Source of the DNA: Lachnospiraceae bacterium | GTDB taxonomy: Bacteria; Bacillota; Clostridia; Lachnospirales; Lachnospiraceae | Length of the DNA: 64,000 nucleotides | Reading direction: 5' to 3' | NCBI GenBank assembly: GCA_015057665.1 | Contig: SVDY01000006.1 | Coordinates: 35,925-99,924 of the forward strand | Shown here: in pieces, positions 8,698 through 18,475 of the stretch | How positions within the stretch are numbered: position 1 is the first letter of the stretch | How the letters are laid out: each line of letters starts with the position of its first letter | Program-made: the position numbers and the translations under genes | The notes under the pieces: model-generated | Seen by the model: only the letters and a program-made list of their open reading frames with translations | Databases searched by the model: none | What the model was told of the DNA's origin: nothing

Positions 8698-8852
8698 ATG
8701 TTCCATTGTTAGTTTCTTGATTTCCATATTTTTTCACATCTTACTATCAACAGCGATTACGTTACATCTTTTATATTTTATTAATTAGAGACAACAACAC
8801 ACTGTTATGCTAAGATATAATTAATATGCAAATTTGAATCTGGAGGTGGCGA

Positions 8853-9281
8853 ATGATATATCGTAAAGCGACTTTATTAGATTGCGAAAAAGTTTATTCG
8901 CTTATATGTGCTTTGGAAGAACAAGAACTTCCTTTTAGAAAATTTAGCGAAATCTATTGTGACCAGATAAACAGCACTCGCTATTATTGTCTCCTTGCTG
9001 AAATTGATAATGAAATTCTCGCGGTTTTGAACTTAAGATTTGAAGAACAGTTACATCATTCCGAGTGTATTGCAGAGATTATGGAATTTACAGTAGATAG
9101 TTCTTACAGAAACCAGGGAATTGGGACGCAAATGCTAAACAGAGCTGCTCAAATTGCGGAATCCTACGGCTGTGCCCAGATAGAACTGACATGTAACCAA
9201 CGTCGGACAAATGCACACAGGTTTTATATGAGAAATGGTATGAATAATTCTCATTATAAGTTCTCCAAAAGATTAATTTAA
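8853..9281 (+). CDS. GNAT family N-acetyltransferase
   Basis: 142 aa; acetyl-CoA binding motif YRNQGIGTQML and C-terminal NAHRFY typical of GNAT fold; GGAGGTGG SD. Confidence 0.8.
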   Translation: MIYRKATLLDCEKVYSLICALEEQELPFRKFSEIYCDQINSTRYYCLLAEIDNEILAVLNLRFEEQLHHSECIAEIMEFTVDSSYRNQGIGTQMLNRAAQIAESYGCAQIELTCNQRRTNAHRFYMRNGMNNSHYKFSKRLI

Positions 9282-9301
9282 CGAATTAAGGAGTAAGTTC
9301 A

Positions 9302-10069
9302 ATGAACATATCACAAGAAAAATCATTATTACATTGCACCTCTATGATTCATACTGAAGATTCTTATTTTAATTCCGAACAGGCCACCTGCTTTTTTCTT
9401 AAAAGAACGGTGGGCAATACAGAACACCACTATCTTGTTACCTGTGCCCACGTTCTAAAGAATGCAGTCCGCATTCACATTTATCTGGATTATTACCACA
9501 GAGAAACAGATAGGATTGAGCATTATAAAAAAATCACTCTTGCTCCAAAAGATGCCGTCCGCATTCATCCTGACTGTGACCTGGCACTTCTATGCATTGA
9601 CAGTATCCGTAATAAAAACACTGATTCTGATTACTACCTTTATTCACCTGTGGACATCAATACAATTCCTGATGAATTTGACACTTTTTCCAGTTTTCAG
9701 CCGATACTCATGCTCGGTTATCCAAGCGGCATTCACGACAGTACAACCAATCTGCCTATAGCAAGAACCGGAATCACAGCAACGCCCCTTTACAGCAGCT
9801 ACAAGGGCAAGCCGGAATTTCTTATTAATATTCCTTTTCTCAATGGTTCCAGCGGGTCTCCTGTTTTTGCAATAAAAGAAGATATTCCTTACCTCATAGG
9901 AATTGAGTATTCCAAACTGATGGAAAAAGTAACCTTAGACAAATTGGAAGCCCGGTTATACCGTTCCAAAAAGGTTACCAGAGAACTGGAGACCGGTCTT
10001 GGTATCGCCATTCGTGCTGACCAGATTTTAGTTTTACTTTCGTCCAGTTTCCATGATAAGGACTTATGA
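9302..10069 (+). CDS. trypsin-like (S1/Trypsin_2-type) serine peptidase, no signal peptide
   Basis: 255 aa; putative triad TCAHVL (His), DLALL (Asp), NGSSGSPVF (Ser); no N-terminal hydrophobic leader. Confidence 0.7.
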   Translation: MNISQEKSLLHCTSMIHTEDSYFNSEQATCFFLKRTVGNTEHHYLVTCAHVLKNAVRIHIYLDYYHRETDRIEHYKKITLAPKDAVRIHPDCDLALLCIDSIRNKNTDSDYYLYSPVDINTIPDEFDTFSSFQPILMLGYPSGIHDSTTNLPIARTGITATPLYSSYKGKPEFLINIPFLNGSSGSPVFAIKEDIPYLIGIEYSKLMEKVTLDKLEARLYRSKKVTRELETGLGIAIRADQILVLLSSSFHDKDL

Positions 10070-10185
10070 AATAGTTTTCATCATAGAGACTCGAATTGAA
10101 TTCCATGCATTAAAGTGTTATAATATTTTAAAATTTGCATTTATGTTACACTTCGTAACGAATCAAGACATACAGGAGGAATCTC

Positions 10186-11274
10186 ATGAGTATCACAAGA
10201 CCCATCTATATGGAGATCAATTTAACCAATTTTCAGCATAACATGGCCTCCATCAGAGAAAAGATCGGCCCGGATGTTGCAATTATGCCCGTCATTAAAG
10301 CCAACGCCTATGGCACTTATTTGAATACAAGACTGGATATTCTGAACCAGTTTGATATCGTCGCTGTTGCAACAGTGGATGAGGGTGTCTTTATCCGCAA
10401 CCTTGGCTACCGCAGACAGATTTTTGTTCTCAACCAGCCTTATGCCGATGAGATCGAAAAGATTATTGCATACAACATTATTGTTGGAATCAGTTCCTAT
10501 GACTTCGCCAGAAAGCTTGGTGAAACCGGCGAACCAATCAAGGTCCATCTTGAAATTGGTACAGGCATGGGAAGAACGGGCGTCCATCCATACCGTATCG
10601 ACAAATATATCGAACAGCTGCCGTCCAACGTCATCGTAGAAGGAATCTATACCCATCTTTCCTCTGCGGATATAGACGACACATACACATTAAAACAGTT
10701 AAAATCTTTCAATGCTGCTGTGGCAACAGCCAGGGAAATGCTCGGTAACATTAAATATATTCATGCAGCCGCTTCCAATGGAATCGTCAACTTCCCGGAC
10801 TCTCATTTTAATCTGGTAAGAACCGGCATCATCATGTACGGCTACGCTGCAGCCGATGACACTTTAGATAAGATTGACATTAAACCGATTGCCAGCCTGA
10901 AGGGTACCATTACCTTCTTAAAGACTGTAAACGCAGGAACAAGCATTGGTTACAGCAGAAGTTACATCACAAAGCGGGAATCCAAAGTTGCAACGGTTCC
11001 TATCGGCTATGCAGATGGTTTCCGGCGCACTTATTCCAATGGCTGGCAGGTAATGATCCGCGGAAAGAAAGTTCCAATCATCGGAAAAGTCTGTATGGAC
11101 AGCTTTATGGTGGATGTTACCGATATTGAGGATGTTGCTTTAGGTGATGAGGTCATTATCTGGGATAATGAAAATATTACTGTAGAACAGCTGGCGGAAC
11201 ATTGCGACACCATCAATTATGAGATTCTCTGTTCCATTAGTGACAGAGTTCCCAGAAAGTTTATAATGGAATAA
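10186..11274 (+). CDS. alr: alanine racemase
   Basis: 362 aa; PLP-Lys motif VIKANAYG; typical Alr length and C-terminal domain. Confidence 0.9.
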   Translation: MSITRPIYMEINLTNFQHNMASIREKIGPDVAIMPVIKANAYGTYLNTRLDILNQFDIVAVATVDEGVFIRNLGYRRQIFVLNQPYADEIEKIIAYNIIVGISSYDFARKLGETGEPIKVHLEIGTGMGRTGVHPYRIDKYIEQLPSNVIVEGIYTHLSSADIDDTYTLKQLKSFNAAVATAREMLGNIKYIHAAASNGIVNFPDSHFNLVRTGIIMYGYAAADDTLDKIDIKPIASLKGTITFLKTVNAGTSIGYSRSYITKRESKVATVPIGYADGFRRTYSNGWQVMIRGKKVPIIGKVCMDSFMVDVTDIEDVALGDEVIIWDNENITVEQLAEHCDTINYEILCSISDRVPRKFIME

Positions 11275-11288
11275 AAAAACTATAATGA

Positions 11289-11334
11289 AAAAGGCCGGTC
11301 CATAGGAGAAACTCCGATGGACCGGCCTTTTTTA
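11289..11334. terminator. bidirectional Rho-independent terminator
   Basis: AAAAGGCCGGTCCAT ... ATGGACCGGCCTTTTTT between the convergent alr and 3D-domain genes. Confidence 0.75.
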
Positions 11335-11345
11335 TCAAGGGGTTA

Positions 11346-12380
11346 TTAGTCTAAAATATATACAAGCATTGTTCTTCTTCCAAAGGAACGGCATGCACTG
11401 GAAGAATTCATGAATAAGTCTACTTTATTGCCTTTGATTGCTCCGCCTGTATCACCGGCAAAACAGTATCCGTACACATAACCTCCGTCCGGAGATACGA
11501 TATACATCTTTGTTCCAAGAGGAATTACTTTCGGATCTACAGCTACTGTTCCATAACTTGGAACCTTGCCAAGACATGTGCGGGCACCGCCGTCACATTC
11601 ACTACTGTAAGCAGTGGCTGTCACTGTGATACATTTTGCACCAGCCAGTTCTTCCTTGCTCATCTTCTTGCCGTAGGAAGCTGTACTTGTAACGGCACGT
11701 TTCTTAGTACCTACTAATGTTACTTTATTCTTTGCTTCTTTTGTGATCACTGTATCTGTTAAAGTACGTGCAACTTCCACACCATCTTCATAGGATACGC
11801 TGTATACCAGTTTCTTTTCACCGGCTTCACCTTCCTGCTCTACTTTTGTTACACCTTTGTAGAGGGAATCTGTATTCTTTGTTTCGCTTTCAAATGGGAT
11901 AGCTTCTGTTTCTTCTAATACTTTTGTCTCGCAACGAACAACGGTAATAGCCATGTCAGCTGTAACTGCTGCTTCCAGTTCAGCGGAAATCTTATCATCA
12001 CTGTCATATTCCACAGCTGCTTTTTCAAGTGTTTCACGTACTGTTGTGTCCGCAATTACATTCACGCTTACTGTTTCACCGTTTGCCTGAATGCTTACAG
12101 GGAATGCTCGGAAAATCTCAATATTGATGTCCTGTTCCAGATCTGTCATAGTAATGGCATCGTCTGCGCCAAGAGTAAGGGCTGCTTCTTCTAAAAGCTC
12201 TGCCTGTTCTTCCTTAAATGTAGTAAAGGATGCCACTTCTTTTCCATCTTCAAAAATTGTTACAAAATTAAGCTGCATGTATGTATACACACAAGCTGCA
12301 CAAATTGCAAGTACAGTAAGTCCTGTGGCAATCTGACATTTTCTGTTTGTTTTCAATGCGGATAATAGTTTAGTAATCAT
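11346..12380 (-). CDS. YabE-like cell-wall protein (TM anchor, G5 domain, C-terminal 3D/RlpA-like domain)
   Basis: 344 aa; N-terminal TM; G5-like TKVEQEGEAGEKKLVY; C-terminal 3D-type GTVAVDPKVIPLGTKMYI...GDTGGAIKGNKVDLF. Confidence 0.75.
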   Translation of the reverse strand: MITKLLSALKTNRKCQIATGLTVLAICAACVYTYMQLNFVTIFEDGKEVASFTTFKEEQAELLEEAALTLGADDAITMTDLEQDINIEIFRAFPVSIQANGETVSVNVIADTTVRETLEKAAVEYDSDDKISAELEAAVTADMAITVVRCETKVLEETEAIPFESETKNTDSLYKGVTKVEQEGEAGEKKLVYSVSYEDGVEVARTLTDTVITKEAKNKVTLVGTKKRAVTSTASYGKKMSKEELAGAKCITVTATAYSSECDGGARTCLGKVPSYGTVAVDPKVIPLGTKMYIVSPDGGYVYGYCFAGDTGGAIKGNKVDLFMNSSSACRSFGRRTMLVYILD

Positions 12381-12474
12381 TTCAAATATCTCCTTGTATT
12401 TCCCTTTGGGAATTTATTAAATAAATTATATTTCCTTTTACAATTTTATTTAATTTGTTACGAAACTATTACAT

Positions 12475-12503
12475 ATTATATATTATTTTTTTCATTTTTG
12501 CAA
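12475..12503 (-). promoter_or_regulatory. putative sigma-A promoter (TTGCAA-17-TATAAT)
   Basis: Consensus-like hexamers with 17-nt spacer, about 95 nt upstream of the 3D-domain gene. Confidence 0.45.
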
Positions 12504-12545
12504 CATTTTTTTAACGACATTTTTTTTGTACCTGTTTTTTCTCTT

Positions 12546-12609
12546 AAAATCAAATCAGCCCCAACTGATTGTGGGACATTTTATATCACGCCACTACCAG
12601 TTGAGGCTG
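12546..12609 (-). terminator. Rho-independent terminator
   Basis: 12-bp stem CAGCCTCAACTG / CAGTTGGGGCTG (one G-U) followed by a U-rich tract on the minus strand, downstream of the CBS/CorC gene. Confidence 0.6.
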
Positions 12610-12666
12610 TTCATTTTTTACAGTTTCGTCATAAAGACAGGCTGATTTTTAAATAGAAAAAATTTT

Positions 12667-13626
12667 TCAGGATTCTATCACTTTAATCTTAATCTGCTGG
12701 AAGATATGTTCTTTAATCTCTACAGCCATAAATTCATAGCCATCGTACAAAACAGAGATTTCTTCATTATCATCCGGAAGACGTCCAAGCTTGTTGATCA
12801 GGAAGCCGTTTAATGTTTCTACATCCTCATCCGGGAATTGGATTCCTATGAGTTCCTCGAGTTCATCCAGCCTTGCCATGCCCTGTACAAGATAATCGCC
12901 CTCTTTTGCAAGATTGATGATATCTTTTTCTTCCACATCGTATTCATCCATAATTTTTCCAACGATGACTTCCAGGATATCTTCCATGCAGATCAGGCCT
13001 TCTGTCTGACCATATTCATCAATGACAATGACCATATGTATCTTCTCAGACTGCATCTCTTTGAACAGATCACTGACTTCCTTTGTCTGATGAATAAAAA
13101 CAGGGTCGGCTGCGATATCCTTAAGGCTCACTTCCGGATTCTCCAGATATGCTTTATATGCCTCTTTTATGTGTACGATACCAACAATGTTATCAATATC
13201 GTCTTCATAAACCGGGAATCTGGAGTAAATCTGATCCAGCATAAAAGGAACCGCTTCCTTTAATGGAGTATTCACATCGATTCCAAGGATTTTCTTACGG
13301 AATCTCATAATCTCCTTGGCCTCTTTATCACCGAATTCAAAAATATTGGAAATCATCAATGCTTCATCCGCCTCGATGGCTCCCTGCTTATGTCCTTCGT
13401 CAATAATGCTCAGGATTTCTTCCTCGTATTCATTCTCCTCTTCCTCGTCCTCATCTTTTCTGCCGGATTTTGAATCTTTGTTTTTTGTATCTTTGTTTTT
13501 TGTATCTTTGTCTTTTGGAACAAATCGGTTACTGTTTTTTTCTTTGTGCCACAAAAATGCAAAAATGCATGTTGTAATGGCAAGTACAATGATAATTGCG
13601 AGCATTATATACCCGTCTCCATCCAT
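12667..13626 (-). CDS. CBS-pair / CorC_HlyC domain protein with a single N-terminal TM anchor
   Basis: 319 aa; TM helix, then K/D/E-rich low-complexity linker (KDTKNKDTKNKD, from a 15-bp tandem repeat at 13474-13518), CBS pair and transporter-associated C-terminal domain; no DUF21 membrane domain. Confidence 0.8.
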   Translation of the reverse strand: MDGDGYIMLAIIIVLAITTCIFAFLWHKEKNSNRFVPKDKDTKNKDTKNKDSKSGRKDEDEEEENEYEEEILSIIDEGHKQGAIEADEALMISNIFEFGDKEAKEIMRFRKKILGIDVNTPLKEAVPFMLDQIYSRFPVYEDDIDNIVGIVHIKEAYKAYLENPEVSLKDIAADPVFIHQTKEVSDLFKEMQSEKIHMVIVIDEYGQTEGLICMEDILEVIVGKIMDEYDVEEKDIINLAKEGDYLVQGMARLDELEELIGIQFPDEDVETLNGFLINKLGRLPDDNEEISVLYDGYEFMAVEIKEHIFQQIKIKVIES

Positions 13627-13656
13627 GTTTTTTTCTCCTTTTGTAGTGTTGGGATT

Positions 13657-14013
13657 TTATGTATCCAAATGAAAACTGACCTTCAATGCTCTGTCCACTT
13701 CCAGCAGCTTGCCTTCATCCAGATGACATACTTTTTCCCGTAATCTTTTTTTATCTATGGTTCTGATCTGCTCTAATAATATCACAGAATCTCTCGTAAT
13801 GCTACAGTCGATACAGCGAAGTTCCACATGAGTCGGCAGCTTTGCTTTGTTCATTTTGCTGGTGATCGCCGCACAGATGACTGTAGGACTGTGCTTATTT
13901 CCCGCATCGTTTTGTACGATCAGGACCGGTCTGATTCCGCCCTGCTCCGATCCGATTACAGGACGCAGATCTGCATAATAAATGTCACCACGTTTAATTA
14001 CCACGTCTGTCAC
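13657..14013 (-). CDS. mazF: type II toxin MazF/EndoA family endoribonuclease
   Basis: Very close to B. subtilis EndoA ([26 protein letters not shown]...KLPTHVE...[14 protein letters not shown]); GTG start, and an alternative GTG at 14004 has better SD spacing. Confidence 0.9.
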   Translation of the reverse strand: MTDVVIKRGDIYYADLRPVIGSEQGGIRPVLIVQNDAGNKHSPTVICAAITSKMNKAKLPTHVELRCIDCSITRDSVILLEQIRTIDKKRLREKVCHLDEGKLLEVDRALKVSFHLDT

Positions 14014-14107
14014 TCTCCGTTATTTGTCTTTGCTATCTCATTATTTCCATGAAATATGGAAAGTATACCTTTCTCATAACAAATATATGTGACATATGTG
14101 TTTGATG

Positions 14108-15610
14108 TTATCTTCTTAGAGCCTGAGGTAAATGTCTGATCAGGTCTTCTGCCATAACACAGGCTTCGGAAAGTTCTTCTGCCGCAGCATCACCACAACA
14201 GCCATGTATAAATACAGCCATCGCTGCCGCATCAAATGGTGCCATTCCCGCCGCAAGCATTCCGCCGATCATTCCGGAAAGTACATCCCCGCTTCCGCCT
14301 GTGGCCATGCCGCTGTTTCCATTTGTATTAATGTAAAGGCGCTCGGTTCCGTCTGTAATAACAGTGCGGGAATCTTTTAATACAAGGATCAGATTGTTAT
14401 CACGGGCATATTCCTTCCCAATTGCCATGCGCTGCTCTTTCAGCTCCGCAACGGTACAGCCGCAAAGCCGGCTCATCTCCATCATATGGGGAGTGAGAAT
14501 CACCGGTGCAGAGAAACCATTGAGAAAATCCGCGCCCCGGTGATCCATGGCACTGATTTCATTTAAGCCGTCTGCATCAATTACAACAGGAACCTTTGCA
14601 TTCTCTCTTAGGAGATGAAGAAACCACTCTATATTCTCCCCTCTGCCGATTCCCGGACCGAAAACAATCACATCAGCCCAATCCAATGCTTCTGACAATG
14701 CCGGAACGCCGTCTTCCAGCCCTGTATAAGTAGTCAGTATTGCCTCAGGAAGCAGGGTCTGTAAAATGACTCTGTTCTCTTCTTTTGTAAAAATGCGGAC
14801 AAGGCCGCTTCCTGTCCTGTATGCTGCTTTTCCGCTCAAATATGCCGCTCCGGCCATATTCACGCTTCCTGCAACAATCAGTACTTTTCCGTAAGTACCT
14901 TTATGGGAATCCGGATTACGGGAAGGAATCAGATGCTGGTCACCCTCCTCATAAGTATATGCTCCCGGATCCACTTCATCAACGGCCATCTTTGGAAAAC
15001 CAATATCCCTGACAATAACCTGGCCTGCATAAGAGGCCCCCGGATATAGCAGCAGTCCAATCTTAGATAATCCAAAAGTAACTGTTAGATCCGCCCGAAA
15101 TGCGGTGCCAAGAACTTTTCCTGTACTGGCATCCACACCGGAAGGAACATCCACTGCAATTCGATAAGCATCCTTCCTGTTAAGTTTATCAATGACTTCT
15201 CTATGAATGCCTGTCACTTCTCTCGTCAGACCCACACCAAAAATACCGTCTATGATAACATCGTATTCCTCTTCCGGCAGTTCCTCACAGACCGGAATAT
15301 CCATCTTTTCCAAAATACTTTTCTGAGAAAGATAGGATTCACTGGCGCCGGATATTGCGCCAATCTCATAAATATCAACAGGATATCCTGCTTCTGCAAG
15401 CATTCTGCCAAGGGCAAGACCATCGCCCCCATTGTTTCCTTTTTCAACCACAATAAGACACCTGCTACAGTCATCCGGGAAACGTCTCCTGACCTCTTCA
15501 TATAAGGCCATGGATGCTTTCTCCATCAGTACCATACCAGGTATCCCAATCTCATGGATTGAATAAGCATCGATTGCCTGCATTTCTTTTCGTGTAGCAA
15601 TTCGTTTCAT
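14108..15610 (-). CDS. nnr: bifunctional NAD(P)H-hydrate repair enzyme Nnr (epimerase/dehydratase)
   Basis: 500 aa; N-terminal YjeF_N (GNNGGDG) and C-terminal carbohydrate-kinase-like domain (GGSGDVLSG). Confidence 0.9.
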   Translation of the reverse strand: MKRIATRKEMQAIDAYSIHEIGIPGMVLMEKASMALYEEVRRRFPDDCSRCLIVVEKGNNGGDGLALGRMLAEAGYPVDIYEIGAISGASESYLSQKSILEKMDIPVCEELPEEEYDVIIDGIFGVGLTREVTGIHREVIDKLNRKDAYRIAVDVPSGVDASTGKVLGTAFRADLTVTFGLSKIGLLLYPGASYAGQVIVRDIGFPKMAVDEVDPGAYTYEEGDQHLIPSRNPDSHKGTYGKVLIVAGSVNMAGAAYLSGKAAYRTGSGLVRIFTKEENRVILQTLLPEAILTTYTGLEDGVPALSEALDWADVIVFGPGIGRGENIEWFLHLLRENAKVPVVIDADGLNEISAMDHRGADFLNGFSAPVILTPHMMEMSRLCGCTVAELKEQRMAIGKEYARDNNLILVLKDSRTVITDGTERLYINTNGNSGMATGGSGDVLSGMIGGMLAAGMAPFDAAAMAVFIHGCCGDAAAEELSEACVMAEDLIRHLPQALRR

Positions 15611-15637
15611 CCAATCCCTCCATATAAAATTCGTATA

Positions 15638-16291
15638 TTACTCTTCTTCCCTGCTGTGGATTCTGTATGACAATGTCATCAGGCTGTCAGCAAGATGCAC
15701 GTTTTCCACGATAACGTCATCCGGTAAATTTAAATCAATGGGTGCAAAGTTCCAGAATGCCTTTACCCCATAACTCATTAATTCAAGTGCCATCTGATGT
15801 GCATGCTGCTTTGGTAAAGTAAGTGCTGCAAGCTGCACCTCGTTGTTCTTCACGAACTCTTCCAGTTCTCCGATATCATGAATCTCGATTCCACGGACAT
15901 TGATGCCTACAAGACGCGGATTCGCATCAAAAAGACCAATAGTCTTGAAACCTCTCTTTTCAAAATTATAATTGGCAAGAGCCTGTCCCAGATTTCCTGC
16001 ACCAATAATAATAATATTATTCGTACGGTCAAGACCTAAAATCTTACCAATCTCATTATACAAGTACTGTACGTTATAACCATAACCCTGCTGGCCGAAG
16101 CCGCCAAAGTTGTTCAAGTCCTGTCTGATCTGAGAAGCTGTTACCTTCATTCTCTCGCTCAAATCCTTGGAGGAAATACGTACCACTTCATTCTCCACTA
16201 ATTCACCAAGATATCGATAGTACCGTGGAAGTCTTTTAATAACTGCAGGCGAAATCTCTTTCGCATTAATCTCTTTCTTCATTTCTGACAT
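15638..16291 (-). CDS. rex: redox-sensing transcriptional repressor Rex
   Basis: IKRLPRYYRYL winged-helix motif and GAGNLGQAL Rossmann motif; start set at the Met with a GGAGAT SD. Confidence 0.9.
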   Translation of the reverse strand: MSEMKKEINAKEISPAVIKRLPRYYRYLGELVENEVVRISSKDLSERMKVTASQIRQDLNNFGGFGQQGYGYNVQYLYNEIGKILGLDRTNNIIIIGAGNLGQALANYNFEKRGFKTIGLFDANPRLVGINVRGIEIHDIGELEEFVKNNEVQLAALTLPKQHAHQMALELMSYGVKAFWNFAPIDLNLPDDVIVENVHLADSLMTLSYRIHSREEE

Positions 16292-16510
16292 AGTATCTCC
16301 AAATCTCCTTCCTAGTACTGCCAGTCTAAAATTATTATACAAGTTTGCAAAAAAACTGTCAAACCAAAATCTCGTTTACATAGGTGAAAACATTGTGATA
16401 AAATAGTGTAGTTGTAATAAATTTATGACAATTTTCTCCACAATACAGATATAAGTAAATATCTATATCCTGCAGAATTTCTATAAGTATAAACATAAGG
16501 AGGACCCATT

Positions 16511-18427
16511 ATGATTTTAGCCTGTCAGCAAATCAGCAAAGCATTTGGCACACATCAGGTTTTAAATGAGATTTCCTTTCATATAGAAGACAATGAAAAA
16601 GCAACCATTGTAGGTGTCAACGGAGCCGGCAAAACCACTCTTTTAAAAATAATCATGGGAGAGATGGCAGCCGATGACGGTGAAATCATTGTAAGCAAAG
16701 GAAAAACCATTGGTTATCTGGCCCAGCACCAGGATACAGGATCCGATCATACAATTTATGACGAAGTTTTAGAAGCAAAACGTGACGTTATCGCCATGGA
16801 AGAAAAAATTCGCCGTCTGGAAAAGGATATGAAGCATGCAGAGGGTGATGCTCTCACTTCTATGATGAACGAATACTCCTCTCTTACCCATCGTTTTGAA
16901 CTTGCAGACGGGTATGCATGGAGAAGCGAAATTACAGGCGTATTAAAAGGACTTGGCTTTGCAGAAGAGGAATTTAATAAAAAAGTAGCCAAACTTTCCG
17001 GCGGGCAAAAGACCCGTGTCTTCCTTGGCAAGCTTCTTCTTACAAGACCGGACATCATTTTACTGGACGAACCGACCAACCACTTAGACATGGATTCTAT
17101 CCGCTGGCTGGAAGGATTCCTTGCCAACTACAAAGGTGCTGTCCTTGTAATTTCACACGACCGTTACTTCCTTGATAAAGTCGTAACCAAGGTCATCGAT
17201 CTTGACCACGGCAAAGCTGTCACTTACCGGGGCAACTATACAACCTACAGCCAAAAGAAGGAAGCCATCATTGAAGCCCAGATCCGTGAGTACGAGAACC
17301 AGCAGCAGGAAATCAAACATCAGGAAGAAGTGATTGCAAAGCTCAAATCCTTTAACCGTGAGAAATCCATCAAACGTGCGGAAAGCCGTGAAAAAATGCT
17401 TGAAAAGATGGAACTGGTAGAAAAACCAATCACCTACGAACCAAAGATCCGCATCCGCTTCGAGCCTTGTGTGGAAAGCGGCAACGATGTTCTCATGGTT
17501 GACAACTTATCCAAATCCTTTGGAAACCAGCTTCTCTTCCATGAACTCCACATGGATATTAAACGTGGGGAAAAAGTTGCCTTAATCGGCAAGAACGGCA
17601 CGGGCAAAACTACCATCCTTAAGATTATTAATAAATATCTTGCGGCCGACACAGGCAAGATTGCCTTAGGCGCCAAAGTCCGCATCGGTTACTACGATCA
17701 GGAACAGCAGGTACTTCACGATGAGAAAACCATCTTTGACGAAATCTCTGATACTTATCCTGCCCTTACCCACACAAGAATCAGAAATCTCCTTGCAGCC
17801 TTCTTATTTACCGGAGATGAAGTATTCAAACGCATCGGTTCTTTAAGCGGCGGCGAAAAAGGACGTGTATCTTTAGCAAAGCTTATGCTCAGTAATGCTA
17901 ACTTTTTAATCCTTGACGAACCGACCAACCATTTAGACCTTTACTCTAAAGAGATCTTAGAAGATGCCATCCGTAACTACGAGGGTACTGTATTCTATGT
18001 ATCCCATGACCGATACTTTATCAATAAAACAGCCACCCGAATCCTTGATTTAACAGATAAGGGGCTCATCAATTACAAAGGTGACTACGACTACTATCTT
18101 GAAAAAAGGGAAGAAGGACTTATCGTTCCGGACAGTGCATCTATTCAGAAGACGGAAACTGTCGCTGCAAATACAGGCAGTTCCAAAGAAGACTGGAAGC
18201 AGAAAAAAGAAGTGGAACGAGAGGCAAGAAAGCGTGCCAATGATTTAAAGAAATGTGAAACAAGAATTGCAGAATTAGAAGCCAAACTGGAAGAGCTGGA
18301 TGAGACTATGGCACTTCCGGAGAATGCAAGCAGTTCAGCGAAATTATTAGATTTATCCAGAGAACAGAGTTTGGTATCCGATGAACTCGAGAAACTCTAT
18401 GAGCTTTGGGAAACACTTGCCGAATAA
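16511..18427 (+). CDS. ABC-F family ATP-binding protein (translation-associated, YdiF/Uup-like)
   Basis: 638 aa; two ABC ATPase cassettes (GVNGAGKTT, GKNGTGKTT; LSGGQ/LSGGE), no TM domain, C-terminal coiled coil. Confidence 0.9.
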   Translation: MILACQQISKAFGTHQVLNEISFHIEDNEKATIVGVNGAGKTTLLKIIMGEMAADDGEIIVSKGKTIGYLAQHQDTGSDHTIYDEVLEAKRDVIAMEEKIRRLEKDMKHAEGDALTSMMNEYSSLTHRFELADGYAWRSEITGVLKGLGFAEEEFNKKVAKLSGGQKTRVFLGKLLLTRPDIILLDEPTNHLDMDSIRWLEGFLANYKGAVLVISHDRYFLDKVVTKVIDLDHGKAVTYRGNYTTYSQKKEAIIEAQIREYENQQQEIKHQEEVIAKLKSFNREKSIKRAESREKMLEKMELVEKPITYEPKIRIRFEPCVESGNDVLMVDNLSKSFGNQLLFHELHMDIKRGEKVALIGKNGTGKTTILKIINKYLAADTGKIALGAKVRIGYYDQEQQVLHDEKTIFDEISDTYPALTHTRIRNLLAAFLFTGDEVFKRIGSLSGGEKGRVSLAKLMLSNANFLILDEPTNHLDLYSKEILEDAIRNYEGTVFYVSHDRYFINKTATRILDLTDKGLINYKGDYDYYLEKREEGLIVPDSASIQKTETVAANTGSSKEDWKQKKEVEREARKRANDLKKCETRIAELEAKLEELDETMALPENASSSAKLLDLSREQSLVSDELEKLYELWETLAE

Positions 18428-18475
18428 AACAAAGCAGCCTCCACCATCAGGGTGAAGGCTGTTTTTTATTTATAT

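Noticed and set aside
12381-12474. c-di-AMP (ydaO) riboswitch upstream of the 3D/G5 cell-wall gene
   Set aside because: The leader is short and extremely AT-rich, with none of the G/C-rich pseudo-symmetric helices of the ydaO motif.
13474-13518. 15-bp tandem repeat (about 3 copies) as a possible CRISPR or VNTR element
   Set aside because: It lies in frame inside the CBS/CorC gene, where it encodes a KDTKN low-complexity linker. There are no spacers and far too few units for a CRISPR array.
14014-14107. Search for a MazE/EndoAI antitoxin ORF upstream of mazF
   Set aside because: Only a 20-codon ORF (MSHIFVMRKVYFPYFMEIMR) with no SD fits, which is too short for an RHH or AbrB antitoxin. This is reported as an orphan toxin finding instead.
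16343-16510. Rex operator or ABC-F leader-peptide attenuator in the rex/ABC-F divergent region
   Set aside because: TGTGA-containing segments are present, but no convincing TTGTGA-N6-TCACAA-type palindrome. There is no leader ORF plus terminator arrangement.
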